Below are positions 36,504 through 44,818 of a DNA stretch of 64,000 nucleotides, one piece after another. A program made the position numbers and the translations under genes. The notes under the pieces are model-generated. The model saw nothing but the letters and a program-made list of their open reading frames with translations. It made no database searches and was not told the origin of the DNA. Source of the DNA: Candidatus Saccharimonadota bacterium (GTDB lineage Bacteria; Patescibacteriota; Saccharimonadia; Saccharimonadales; Saccharimonadaceae). How positions within the stretch are numbered: position 1 is the stretch's first letter; the number at the start of each line of letters is the position of its first letter. The stretch is from positions 2,179-66,178 of the forward strand of contig JAFVCN010000009.1 in NCBI GenBank assembly GCA_017479205.1. The letters are read 5' to 3'.

Positions 36504-39500
36504 ATGCGCAAAAGGTTCTCAATTATCACTGTTCTTGGCGTAGTCTTTCTTGTTAGTCTATTATCTATATTTGTGCCGGTGGCTGATGTTTTTGCTGCTT
36601 CAGCAATAGATGATAAATATGTAACTAAAGATCTTTTAAACTGTTATACGCAACGTCTAAAAACCGAAATTAAACCTGATGAAGTAGATGCTACTGAGGA
36701 TTTATTACTTGATGAATGGAAGCAATATAACTGGGGTGGAAAGCCTAAAGACGAACGAGAGCCGCTCGGAACATACCATACGACGGAAAGTGGAAATGAT
36801 GAGGTTGGTTGTATTAAATTACTTGAGAGCCTTGGATTTGGCGTAAATCAGTCTAATGCTGGCGATGTTTTGACAAAACTAGGCTATGAAGCACAAACAT
36901 CAAACGGTAAATGTATGACGCTAACGCTTCAAAAACATGATGGCACGAACGATAAATACCTTGATTATACGAATCAGCCTAAAATTTGTGCTGGTAGCGT
37001 TGATTCTAACGGAGTAATTCAGGGCGAGTTATTAACGTACGCTGCTGAAGTTCCTGATGATGTAAATGACGAGGTATGGGCTGGTTTCTATCTTAACGGT
37101 AATGAAGTCCATTTTCAGATGGGTGGCGGTATAGATGTAATGCATACTGGTTCGCATAGTTGTGGATTTTTAGGTCTTAGTACATGTTATGACTATGTTA
37201 CATATACCGTAGGCTCTACGAAATGGAGTGATTTAGTAAGTCAAATTGATCAAGGGCTAAAACAAGGGTTTGACGATATAGGTAATTTCTGTTATTCGAT
37301 GGTCTGTAAGTATAAAAGCTATAGCGAATCTAATGGCGGCACCAGTGCGGTTTCATCGTACAAAATGTCGAGTGCGACAGATGCATTTAAAAAAGGATAT
37401 AAGAGTGCTTTTGGGAAAGATTACCCAGGCGATGCTACTGCGCTTAAAGTGACCAAAAAAGAGCAAGCTGTACTTTATCAAAATTATTTGAACGATTATT
37501 ATGGAATTAAGGCTGATGCTTGTGCTGATACGAAGGAAAAATCTACCGAGAAAGCTACGGACCTCGGCAGTACTTGGGTTCAGACAAAAATGTATGGGGC
37601 GGATGGTAAGGCTAAATTTTGTTATATAAGCGCTACAAAAAATGAAGGTAATGGCGTTTATGGTGTTAACGGTAGCAATAATACGACTGGTATTGTAAGT
37701 AACGGTCGGTTAAACTGGCAGGATTTGGCAGCATGGCTACTAAGTGATGGTCCAAATTCTGTTGATGCAGGCTCAGTTACGGAACCAGGTACAGGCGGGG
37801 GCGGGGGAAGTGGTAGTGGAAATATTGGGGATGGGAGTTCGTCAGATCCGTGCGAAAGAGACCCAGAATCTGAAGAGTGTCTTGAACAGCGTTGTTATCA
37901 AGAGGCTGGTTCAATGGGTTGGATTATTTGTCCAATTATCTTTGGTACGCGTAATGTTGCGGAGAATATCTATGCGACGATTGAGCCCATGATTCAGGTG
38001 GATGGTACGATAGTATCGCAGCTAGGCAGTAATGATAGTAATATTTATCGAGCATGGAATACATTTCGCGGTTTTGCTAATATCCTCTTCGTGATTCTAT
38101 TCTTAATAGTAATTTTCTCGCAGCTTACTGGTTTTGGAATTGATAATTATGGCATAAAAAAGATGCTTCCAAAACTTATAATCACGGCAATTTTAATTAA
38201 TCTTTCATTCGTGGTTTGTGCTCTTGCAGTTGATTTATCTAATATTGCAGGTAGTGCAATTAAGGGCCTATTCGAAAACTTACCAGTCAGTGGAACTATG
38301 CTGGATGGTATGAATGCCGTTAAGGGACAGAGTCATATCGTTGGCAAAGTTGTTGGCGCTCTCGCTGGTGGTGCCGGCGGTCTTGTTGCTACTTTTTCTC
38401 TTGGTGGTTGGACTCTAATTATTCCAATTCTTCTATTTCTCTTAACAACTGTTATATCAATTATCTTTGCACTTATAGTCTTAGGACTACGCCAAGCCGC
38501 GGTTATTCTTCTTATTGTATTCGCACCATTTGCAATTGCACTTTATGCTCTTCCAAATACGGAAAAAATTACGAAGAAATGGCTCGATATCTTTAAGGGT
38601 GTCCTCATGGTTTACCCTGTTGTTGGTGCACTAATTGGAGCAGGATTCTTTGCGTCTAAAATTCTTTTGGGTAATTCACCAAGTTTTCTTATGACAATTA
38701 TCGCAGGCCTGCTCTGTGTTATTCCATATTTCTTAATTCCAAGTTTAACTCGTAGATCTCTTGAGGCGGTTGGAAATATTGGTGAAAGACTTGGCAATAT
38801 GGGGCGCAATCTCGGTGGTAGAGCTAGTAATGCTGTTGGAAATTCGGAAGGCGTCAGGAATCTTAGACAGAGTTCTGCAGATAATGCGAGGTTTCGTCGT
38901 GCAAACTCAAGGTTAAGTCGTGGACTCGACAGTTTAACCATGAATGCTGCTGAAAAATATAAAAATGGTGGTGGTGGAATTAGGGGTGCAATCGCTCGAC
39001 GTACTATTGCTAGTAATAGTCGTCTCCGAGCCGCACAGAGAAATAATGACGCCCGCGTTCAGAATTCTCGTGACACTGTTTTACAAGGCGCAATGGCTGC
39101 AGCAAGCGAAACAAATCGTATGGAAACTGGTGGTTATGCTGCTCGTGCCGCAGGCCTTGAATCTAAGGCATTAGATGAGACTGTTTCCGACTATGAGAAA
39201 CTTATTGGCAGTGATAACTTTGTTGATGCTGCAGGTAATTCAGTTAATTTCCAAAATAACGGAGAGATTGCTAAAGCTCTTGAGAATGAACTTGCGATGG
39301 GTGATGGTAGTGATGCATCGAAAGCAAGAATTCGTGCCCTTACAAATACTCTTGCTGGTAAAGGGAAAGATGGACGTGATCTCATGTATAGCACTGTTGA
39401 TAATGCGCAGTCGCGGGCTGCTCAGGAGGGTAAAGATATCTCTGATAATATCAAGACCTTCTCAAGTAATATTCTTAATAACCATGGCGGTGCGATGAAA

Positions 39501-40124
39501 GATAATTATCGACCTATTTATGAATTCGCAAAGAAAACTGCTGCTACTGGTGTATCGGATAATAATAAGAACAGAATTACAGATTACGCTACGGCTGGTA
39601 TCAGTAGTCTTACCTCAAGCGATATGGCAAATATGGATATTCAACAGCTTACGCGTCTTGCTGATAATGCAGCAGCCGGTAACTTAAGCCCTCAAGATAG
39701 CCAGACTCTCAACCGTCTTGTTGGCGAAGCTATGGCGAACGAACAGGTTCAGAAAAACCAGAAAACGCTTGCTCAATTCCAGAGAATTCAGGGTGCGCTT
39801 GGTACTACTACTTCGACAACTCAAGCTGGTGGTGCTGCTCAAGAGGGAGCTGAGTTTAAGGTAAACCAAGCTGAAAATGCTGCAACTTCCGCTCAGGTAA
39901 TGAGTAATCAGAGCGAGATTATTCAGAACGTTGTTTCAGGGAATCTAACTCCAGCGCAGGGTGATCGTTGGATTGAAATTACAAAAAATCCAACTGCGGC
40001 AGAACAAGAATTTATCAATCGAACAAATCAGAAAATCGCTGATGGAACTTACACGCAGGAACAAGCAAATAAGTTAATTCGAAATATGGTTGATAAATCT
40101 TTGGAGGATAACCCAAATAGGTAA
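36504..40124 (+). CDS. 1206-aa polytopic membrane protein (signal peptide, Cys-containing ectodomain, Gly-rich linker, about 6-7 TM core, long A/N/Q-rich C-terminal region); VirB6/TrbL-like topology only
   Basis: ATG 36504 follows GGAGAGGAGAG. Hydrophobic core spans roughly nt 38050-38760. The function call rests on topology, not on a recognised motif. Confidence 0.55.
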   Translation: MRKRFSIITVLGVVFLVSLLSIFVPVADVFAASAIDDKYVTKDLLNCYTQRLKTEIKPDEVDATEDLLLDEWKQYNWGGKPKDEREPLGTYHTTESGNDEVGCIKLLESLGFGVNQSNAGDVLTKLGYEAQTSNGKCMTLTLQKHDGTNDKYLDYTNQPKICAGSVDSNGVIQGELLTYAAEVPDDVNDEVWAGFYLNGNEVHFQMGGGIDVMHTGSHSCGFLGLSTCYDYVTYTVGSTKWSDLVSQIDQGLKQGFDDIGNFCYSMVCKYKSYSESNGGTSAVSSYKMSSATDAFKKGYKSAFGKDYPGDATALKVTKKEQAVLYQNYLNDYYGIKADACADTKEKSTEKATDLGSTWVQTKMYGADGKAKFCYISATKNEGNGVYGVNGSNNTTGIVSNGRLNWQDLAAWLLSDGPNSVDAGSVTEPGTGGGGGSGSGNIGDGSSSDPCERDPESEECLEQRCYQEAGSMGWIICPIIFGTRNVAENIYATIEPMIQVDGTIVSQLGSNDSNIYRAWNTFRGFANILFVILFLIVIFSQLTGFGIDNYGIKKMLPKLIITAILINLSFVVCALAVDLSNIAGSAIKGLFENLPVSGTMLDGMNAVKGQSHIVGKVVGALAGGAGGLVATFSLGGWTLIIPILLFLLTTVISIIFALIVLGLRQAAVILLIVFAPFAIALYALPNTEKITKKWLDIFKGVLMVYPVVGALIGAGFFASKILLGNSPSFLMTIIAGLLCVIPYFLIPSLTRRSLEAVGNIGERLGNMGRNLGGRASNAVGNSEGVRNLRQSSADNARFRRANSRLSRGLDSLTMNAAEKYKNGGGGIRGAIARRTIASNSRLRAAQRNNDARVQNSRDTVLQGAMAAASETNRMETGGYAARAAGLESKALDETVSDYEKLIGSDNFVDAAGNSVNFQNNGEIAKALENELAMGDGSDASKARIRALTNTLAGKGKDGRDLMYSTVDNAQSRAAQEGKDISDNIKTFSSNILNNHGGAMKDNYRPIYEFAKKTAATGVSDNNKNRITDYATAGISSLTSSDMANMDIQQLTRLADNAAAGNLSPQDSQTLNRLVGEAMANEQVQKNQKTLAQFQRIQGALGTTTSTTQAGGAAQEGAEFKVNQAENAATSAQVMSNQSEIIQNVVSGNLTPAQGDRWIEITKNPTAAEQEFINRTNQKIADGTYTQEQANKLIRNMVDKSLEDNPNR

Positions 40125-40128
40125 ACAT

Positions 40129-40155
40129 AAACGCCTTGCGAAAAACAAGGCGTTT
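40129..40155 (+). terminator. hairpin terminator after the 1206-aa gene
   Basis: AAACGCCTTG-CGAAAAA-CAAGGCGTTT. Confidence 0.6.
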
Positions 40156-40193
40156 ATGCTATACTAAAACTAACTCTAAAGAAAGATAAAAAT

Positions 40194-40352
40194 ATGCAAA
40201 ACACAAATACTACACAAGAAACATTAAATGTTCCGGAAACGGGTTTAATTGATAATGTTACTGCTACGGCTGGTGTGATGTTCGCAATTTTTGCGATTTC
40301 GGCACTTTTAGTTGTTGCTTTGTCGATGAAAACTGCAAAGGCAGATAATTAG
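40194..40352 (+). CDS. 52-aa ORF consisting of a short polar head plus an LPXTG-like sorting signal (NVPETG, TM, KTAKADN)
   Basis: Not in the ORF track (below 60 aa). Own TGCTATACT -10 at 40157-40165. Preceded by the terminator of the upstream giant gene. Confidence 0.4.
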   Translation: MQNTNTTQETLNVPETGLIDNVTATAGVMFAIFAISALLVVALSMKTAKADN

Positions 40353-40505
40353 CTAGATAAGTTCAATAAAAATATCAATTCTCTTGTGTTTTTTTGTGAA
40401 GTTTGCTATAATAGAAGTAACAAATAAATTACTTGTACTCATGTTAAAAACTTTCGGGTTTTTGTGTCGCAAGCATAAAATCATCTAAATTTTTAAGGGA
40501 AAATA

Positions 40506-42683
40506 ATGAATCAAAAAGAACGAGAACGCCGTGAAAGGCTGATGAAAATGCAGGCTGAACGTCTTCCAGAAATAAAACGTCGTTTTGCTGAAAGCCAGAA
40601 AAAAGCGCAAGAAATTGTTGAAGAGCCTTCAGTTACTGGGGAAGCAGTGATTTTTGAAGAAGTTCAGAAACGTAACTTTAATTCAAACTTTAAGCCAGGC
40701 GGAAAAGACGCACATTTAGTAAAGAAAAAGGCTACGAAGAAACAGTCGGTAAAAAAGGCAACTGGAAAGGCTACGAAAGCTGATAAAGCTCAATCTCGAA
40801 AAGTTGATCTTTCAGTTTCTACCAAAAAAGGTGAGATGATGCATCACCAGAGAATGCTCTCACAGGATGTGAATGCTCAGGCAACGCAGCATATTATTGG
40901 TGTTCCAGTTAATAAATCTCGTTATAACGGTTACAACGGAGCCCAAATTACAAATGGGCAGCTAAAACAGGCTCGTCCGGATAATGATTCGGTTTTAATT
41001 ATTCCAATCGGGGGAACTGGCGAATTTGGAATTGGTAAAAACATGACCGTAATTCAGTATAAAGACGAAGCGATTGTGATCGATATGGGCGTTCTCTTTG
41101 CTGGAGATGATTATCCTGGCGTGAATTACATGGTTCCGGATATTAAATATCTTGAAGATAATATGAACAAAGTGAAGGCGATTTGTTTTACGCACGCTCA
41201 TCTTGATCATATTGGCGCTTGTCGTCATCTACTTCCAAAATTCCCGACGACAGTTCCGATTTATGGTTCGGAATTTACGATCGGTATGATTAAAAAACAG
41301 ATGTCTGAACTCGATGAAGTTCCAGATATGAATTATCTTCCAGTTGACCCGTTAAAGAACGAAAAAATTAAAGTTTCCGAGAATTTGAGTATTGAATTTA
41401 TCCATATGCTTCACTCGATTCCTGGAAACTGCGCGATTGTTGTTAGAACTCCGAATGGCGTAATTTATGTTTCTGGGGACTGGCGTATTGAACAGAATCC
41501 GATGGGTACTCAAGCAGATTTCAAACGTCTCGATGAGATTGTTAAAAACGAGGGAATTGCTTTGATGCTGAACGAATCAACAAATATTGATTCGCCGGGG
41601 CATCATCCTCATTCGGAATATGATGTGGGTGAGAATCTCGGAAAAGTAATGGATCATTACGCAAATGGACGCGTGATTGTTTCTTGTTTCTCGTCTCAGA
41701 TTTCTCGTATTGGAATGGTTATGGAAGAAGCGGCAAAGCGCGGTAGGAAAGTTGCGTTTGCTGGTTTTTCGATGATTAATAACGTCGAAGTTGCGCTTAG
41801 GACTCATCAGGTAAAAGCTCCAAAAGATACGATTATGAAGATGGAAGATATTATTAAACTTCCAGATGATAAGGTAACGATTATTTGTACTGGTTCACAG
41901 GGTGAGTTAAACGCGGTGCTAAACCGTATGGTAACGGGAGCACATAAATATATTAAGATTAAATCGACCGATACAATCGTCTTTTCATCGAATCCGATTC
42001 CTGGTAATGAGCCGCATGTTGTTTCGACGGTTGATGGGCTGCTTCGCGAAGGTGCGCAGGTAATTCAAAATGGCAAAACGCATTTATCGAATATTGGTCC
42101 ACTACATCTTTCCGGACACGCTTATTATGAAGATCATGTTGACCTTGTTACGCGCTTAAATCCGCTTAATTATATGCCTTATCACGGCGAATTCTATATG
42201 ATGCAACATAATGCCGAGATGGCAGAAAATGTTATCGGTATCCCGAAAGACCGTATTATTATCTCGGATGATGGCGACGTTGTTGAGCTGACTAAGGATA
42301 AGAAGATTAGGAAGACCGGTCGTATTCATGTTGGAAATAAGCTTTATGATGATGCAGATATGCCAGTTCACGAAGCGGTTGTAAAAGATCGTATTCATAT
42401 CTCGCGTGAAGGTATCTTTGTGATTGTTCTAACTCTCTCAAAGAAAACTGGTCGTCTAATTAAAACTCCTGATATTGTATCGCGCGCATTTATCTATCTA
42501 GATAATTCGGAAGAGCTGATTGGCAAAATTCGTCATTATCTTCGAGTTAAGACTGATCGTTCAGTTTCGACTGATCCAGAACTTAAAGTTCTGAAAGATG
42601 AAATTAAGGAAGATGTAACACGTATCCTCTTTGATGCAACTGGACATACTCCGATTGTTATTCCAGTTATCAATAAGGTATAA
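40506..42683 (+). CDS. rnj: ribonuclease J (beta-CASP metallo-beta-lactamase) with about 150-aa basic N-terminal extension
   Basis: FTHAHLDHIGA (HxHxDH), beta-CASP motifs, C-terminal domain. The N-terminus is K/R/Q-rich. Confidence 0.9.
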   Translation: MNQKERERRERLMKMQAERLPEIKRRFAESQKKAQEIVEEPSVTGEAVIFEEVQKRNFNSNFKPGGKDAHLVKKKATKKQSVKKATGKATKADKAQSRKVDLSVSTKKGEMMHHQRMLSQDVNAQATQHIIGVPVNKSRYNGYNGAQITNGQLKQARPDNDSVLIIPIGGTGEFGIGKNMTVIQYKDEAIVIDMGVLFAGDDYPGVNYMVPDIKYLEDNMNKVKAICFTHAHLDHIGACRHLLPKFPTTVPIYGSEFTIGMIKKQMSELDEVPDMNYLPVDPLKNEKIKVSENLSIEFIHMLHSIPGNCAIVVRTPNGVIYVSGDWRIEQNPMGTQADFKRLDEIVKNEGIALMLNESTNIDSPGHHPHSEYDVGENLGKVMDHYANGRVIVSCFSSQISRIGMVMEEAAKRGRKVAFAGFSMINNVEVALRTHQVKAPKDTIMKMEDIIKLPDDKVTIICTGSQGELNAVLNRMVTGAHKYIKIKSTDTIVFSSNPIPGNEPHVVSTVDGLLREGAQVIQNGKTHLSNIGPLHLSGHAYYEDHVDLVTRLNPLNYMPYHGEFYMMQHNAEMAENVIGIPKDRIIISDDGDVVELTKDKKIRKTGRIHVGNKLYDDADMPVHEAVVKDRIHISREGIFVIVLTLSKKTGRLIKTPDIVSRAFIYLDNSEELIGKIRHYLRVKTDRSVSTDPELKVLKDEIKEDVTRILFDATGHTPIVIPVINKV

Positions 42684-42690
42684 TATATAT

Positions 42691-43605
42691 ATGGAACTAA
42701 CTCAATTTCTAAGTGAACTGACGACTTGGATTTTGTACTTCTTCATTTATTCTTGTCTTGGTTGGATTTTTGAGTCGCTTTGGTGCTCGGTTAGAGCAAG
42801 ACCGATTCATTTTATTAACCGTGGATTTCTTTTTGGACCGATTTGTCCGATTTACGGGGTTGGGGTAGTGCTTGCAACTTTCTTTATTGAGCCGCTTCAT
42901 CTAAATTGGTTTTCTGAAATTCTTGTTATTATGCTGGTTTGTAGCGTAGTTGAATATATCGCAAGTTATGTGATGGAAAAGAAATATCATGTTCGGTGGT
43001 GGAGCTATGATAACTGGTATAATCCAAGTATTAATGGACGAGTTTCGATCGGAACTTCAATTGGTTTTGGAGTTGGGGGATATGCAGTTATTCATTATGT
43101 TCATCCGATTGTTGTTGGTTTTGTAGCTAGTCTTTCGTTTGGTATGAAAATGACGATTACGGTAGTTGCTACTATTGTTTATTTGATTGATAATTATATG
43201 AGTAATGCCGCTGCTTCGAGCGTTAAGCATGCGCTTAAAGGCGGGCATGTTGATTTAACTGATGAAATTAAACGCTATGCCGTAAACTATTATCGAAAAC
43301 AAACTAGAAAAACTAGGCGTTTTGCACGCTCGATTCTACGTAAAATGAAGCGTGCGCAGAAGATTGCAATTAGGCAATTAAAAAAGACGCATCGCCAGTT
43401 AAAACGAGCGGCTAAAAAGGCGCAAAACCACCAGTTCGCGCGTCAGAAATGGCTTGAGTCAAAATTGAATTTAAAACAGGCTCGCTCAAAAAACCGTGCC
43501 GAATATCGTGCTAAAAGAAGTGAAACTCGCCGTGAAATCGCTAAGGTCGATTTAAAGACAATTCCGAAAAAGACTGAAAAATTAAAGAAAAATTCAAAAT
43601 TCTAA
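42691..43605 (+). CDS. polytopic membrane protein (putative ABC-transporter type IV / CmpB-like family) with long K/R-rich tail
   Basis: FFIYSCLGWIFESLWCSV...RGFLFGPICPIYGVG resembles that family. ATG 42691 lies 6 nt after TATAAT. Confidence 0.5.
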   Translation: MELTQFLSELTTWILYFFIYSCLGWIFESLWCSVRARPIHFINRGFLFGPICPIYGVGVVLATFFIEPLHLNWFSEILVIMLVCSVVEYIASYVMEKKYHVRWWSYDNWYNPSINGRVSIGTSIGFGVGGYAVIHYVHPIVVGFVASLSFGMKMTITVVATIVYLIDNYMSNAAASSVKHALKGGHVDLTDEIKRYAVNYYRKQTRKTRRFARSILRKMKRAQKIAIRQLKKTHRQLKRAAKKAQNHQFARQKWLESKLNLKQARSKNRAEYRAKRSETRREIAKVDLKTIPKKTEKLKKNSKF

Positions 43606-43652
43606 AAAAGTTGTTTTTTTGTGAAATATACTGTAAAATAGACTTATAACTT

Positions 43653-44204
43653 ATGAAAGAAAATAAAAAGAGAGTATTTAGAAAAATTTGCGGAATAATG
43701 TTTCTTATTGTAGGCATAATATTCTTGTCGGCATTTATTATCGAACTGATAAATGGAAATGCGTTTAATATTTTGTCTATGAATGATTGTATTGCTAATA
43801 TAGTTATGGCTGTACTCTTCGAAATTGCATATCTAGTGCTTGGAGTCATCGGTACTTGCCTAGGGGTTTTGTTGTTATTGAATCAAAGAAATATAAGAAT
43901 GATAAAAATTTTAGCTATTGTGTTTTTGGTATTTTTTGCTATTTCTAGAAACATTAGCTTTGTTCAATCGGCAAATTACGAAAGAGAGTGGGGGGCGGTA
44001 GTTGATATTGTCGACAATAGCAAGGAGGCGGATGTAAAAAATAATATTATCGTGTTGAAAAATGATGCTGATAGCTCTACAACACAAGAGTGGGTTAAAG
44101 CGAATCGTGAAACTGGTTCGTTGATATTAATGCGAATGCTTTTGTCTACTTTTATAGTAATATTGGTAAGTATCGCTATAATAAATATGCTCCCAGAAAA
44201 ATAG
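43653..44204 (+). CDS. hypothetical membrane protein
   Basis: Four predicted TMs plus a loop. No family recognised. Confidence 0.4.
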   Translation: MKENKKRVFRKICGIMFLIVGIIFLSAFIIELINGNAFNILSMNDCIANIVMAVLFEIAYLVLGVIGTCLGVLLLLNQRNIRMIKILAIVFLVFFAISRNISFVQSANYEREWGAVVDIVDNSKEADVKNNIIVLKNDADSSTTQEWVKANRETGSLILMRMLLSTFIVILVSIAIINMLPEK

Positions 44205-44206
44205 CA

Positions 44207-44641
44207 CTAAAAATCAATCCAGGAATTAGGTAGTCCGAGTTGGATGATTTCGGGATTTTCTTCTTCGCGAATATCTTCTAATGCTTTAAGTTGCTTTTTT
44301 CTAGAAGTTAAGAGAAAAACTTTTTCTTTTGCCATTTTCTTTGCTTTTTTAAGAACGTTTAGGTCAATTAGAAAGATATAATCAAAGTTTTTGAATTTTG
44401 TAAGATTTTTCGAGAGAACGAAATAGATTTCTGCTCCTTGAAAATAAATTTTATATCTATTTTCATCTTCGACATCAACTTCAATTTTTGAAAACGCAGG
44501 CGCTTCTTTAATTTTAGGAATTAACTCAAGACTTTCCCCGACAAAAACTACCGATTTATTTTTCGGTAGATCTTTAACTTTGCTTGAGATAAAATTCAAA
44601 TCTTCTCGAAGTGAATCTCCTAAAATTTCAGTAATTTTCAT
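44207..44641 (-). CDS. hypothetical cytosolic protein (144 aa)
   Basis: Start moved to Met37 of the track ORF, because the first 36 codons are the translated tRNA-Leu gene. Confidence 0.45.
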   Translation of the reverse strand: MKITEILGDSLREDLNFISSKVKDLPKNKSVVFVGESLELIPKIKEAPAFSKIEVDVEDENRYKIYFQGAEIYFVLSKNLTKFKNFDYIFLIDLNVLKKAKKMAKEKVFLLTSRKKQLKALEDIREEENPEIIQLGLPNSWIDF

Positions 44642-44668
44642 ATTGTAAAAATAGGTCAAATTGTCGCG

Positions 44669-44755
44669 TGGTACCCGGAACAAGACTTGAACTTGCACAG
44701 TGTTGCCACCACTAGCACCTGAAGCTAGCGCGTCTACCAATTCCGCCATCCGGGC
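44669..44755 (-). tRNA. tRNA-Leu (anticodon CAG), type II long variable arm, CCA encoded
   Basis: Reverse complement reads GCCCGGATGGCGGAATTGGTAGACGCGCTAGCTTCAGGTGCTAGTGGTGGCAACACTGTGCAAGTTCAAGTCTTGTTCCGGGTACCA. Acceptor, D, anticodon (CTAGC/TTCAGGT/GCTAG), variable and T arms all fold by hand. Confidence 0.9.
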
Positions 44756-44818
44756 TTATCTCTTTAATTATATCAAAAATTAGGTTATAATTAAAGAGAA
44801 TAAAGAAGGAGAGGTAAA

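Noticed and set aside
44642-44749. N-terminal 36 codons of the track ORF 44207..44749 (MAELVDALASGASGGNTVQVQVLFRVP...)
   Set aside because: This stretch is the tRNA-Leu(CAG) gene (44669-44755) read as protein. The CDS was shortened to Met37 (44641).
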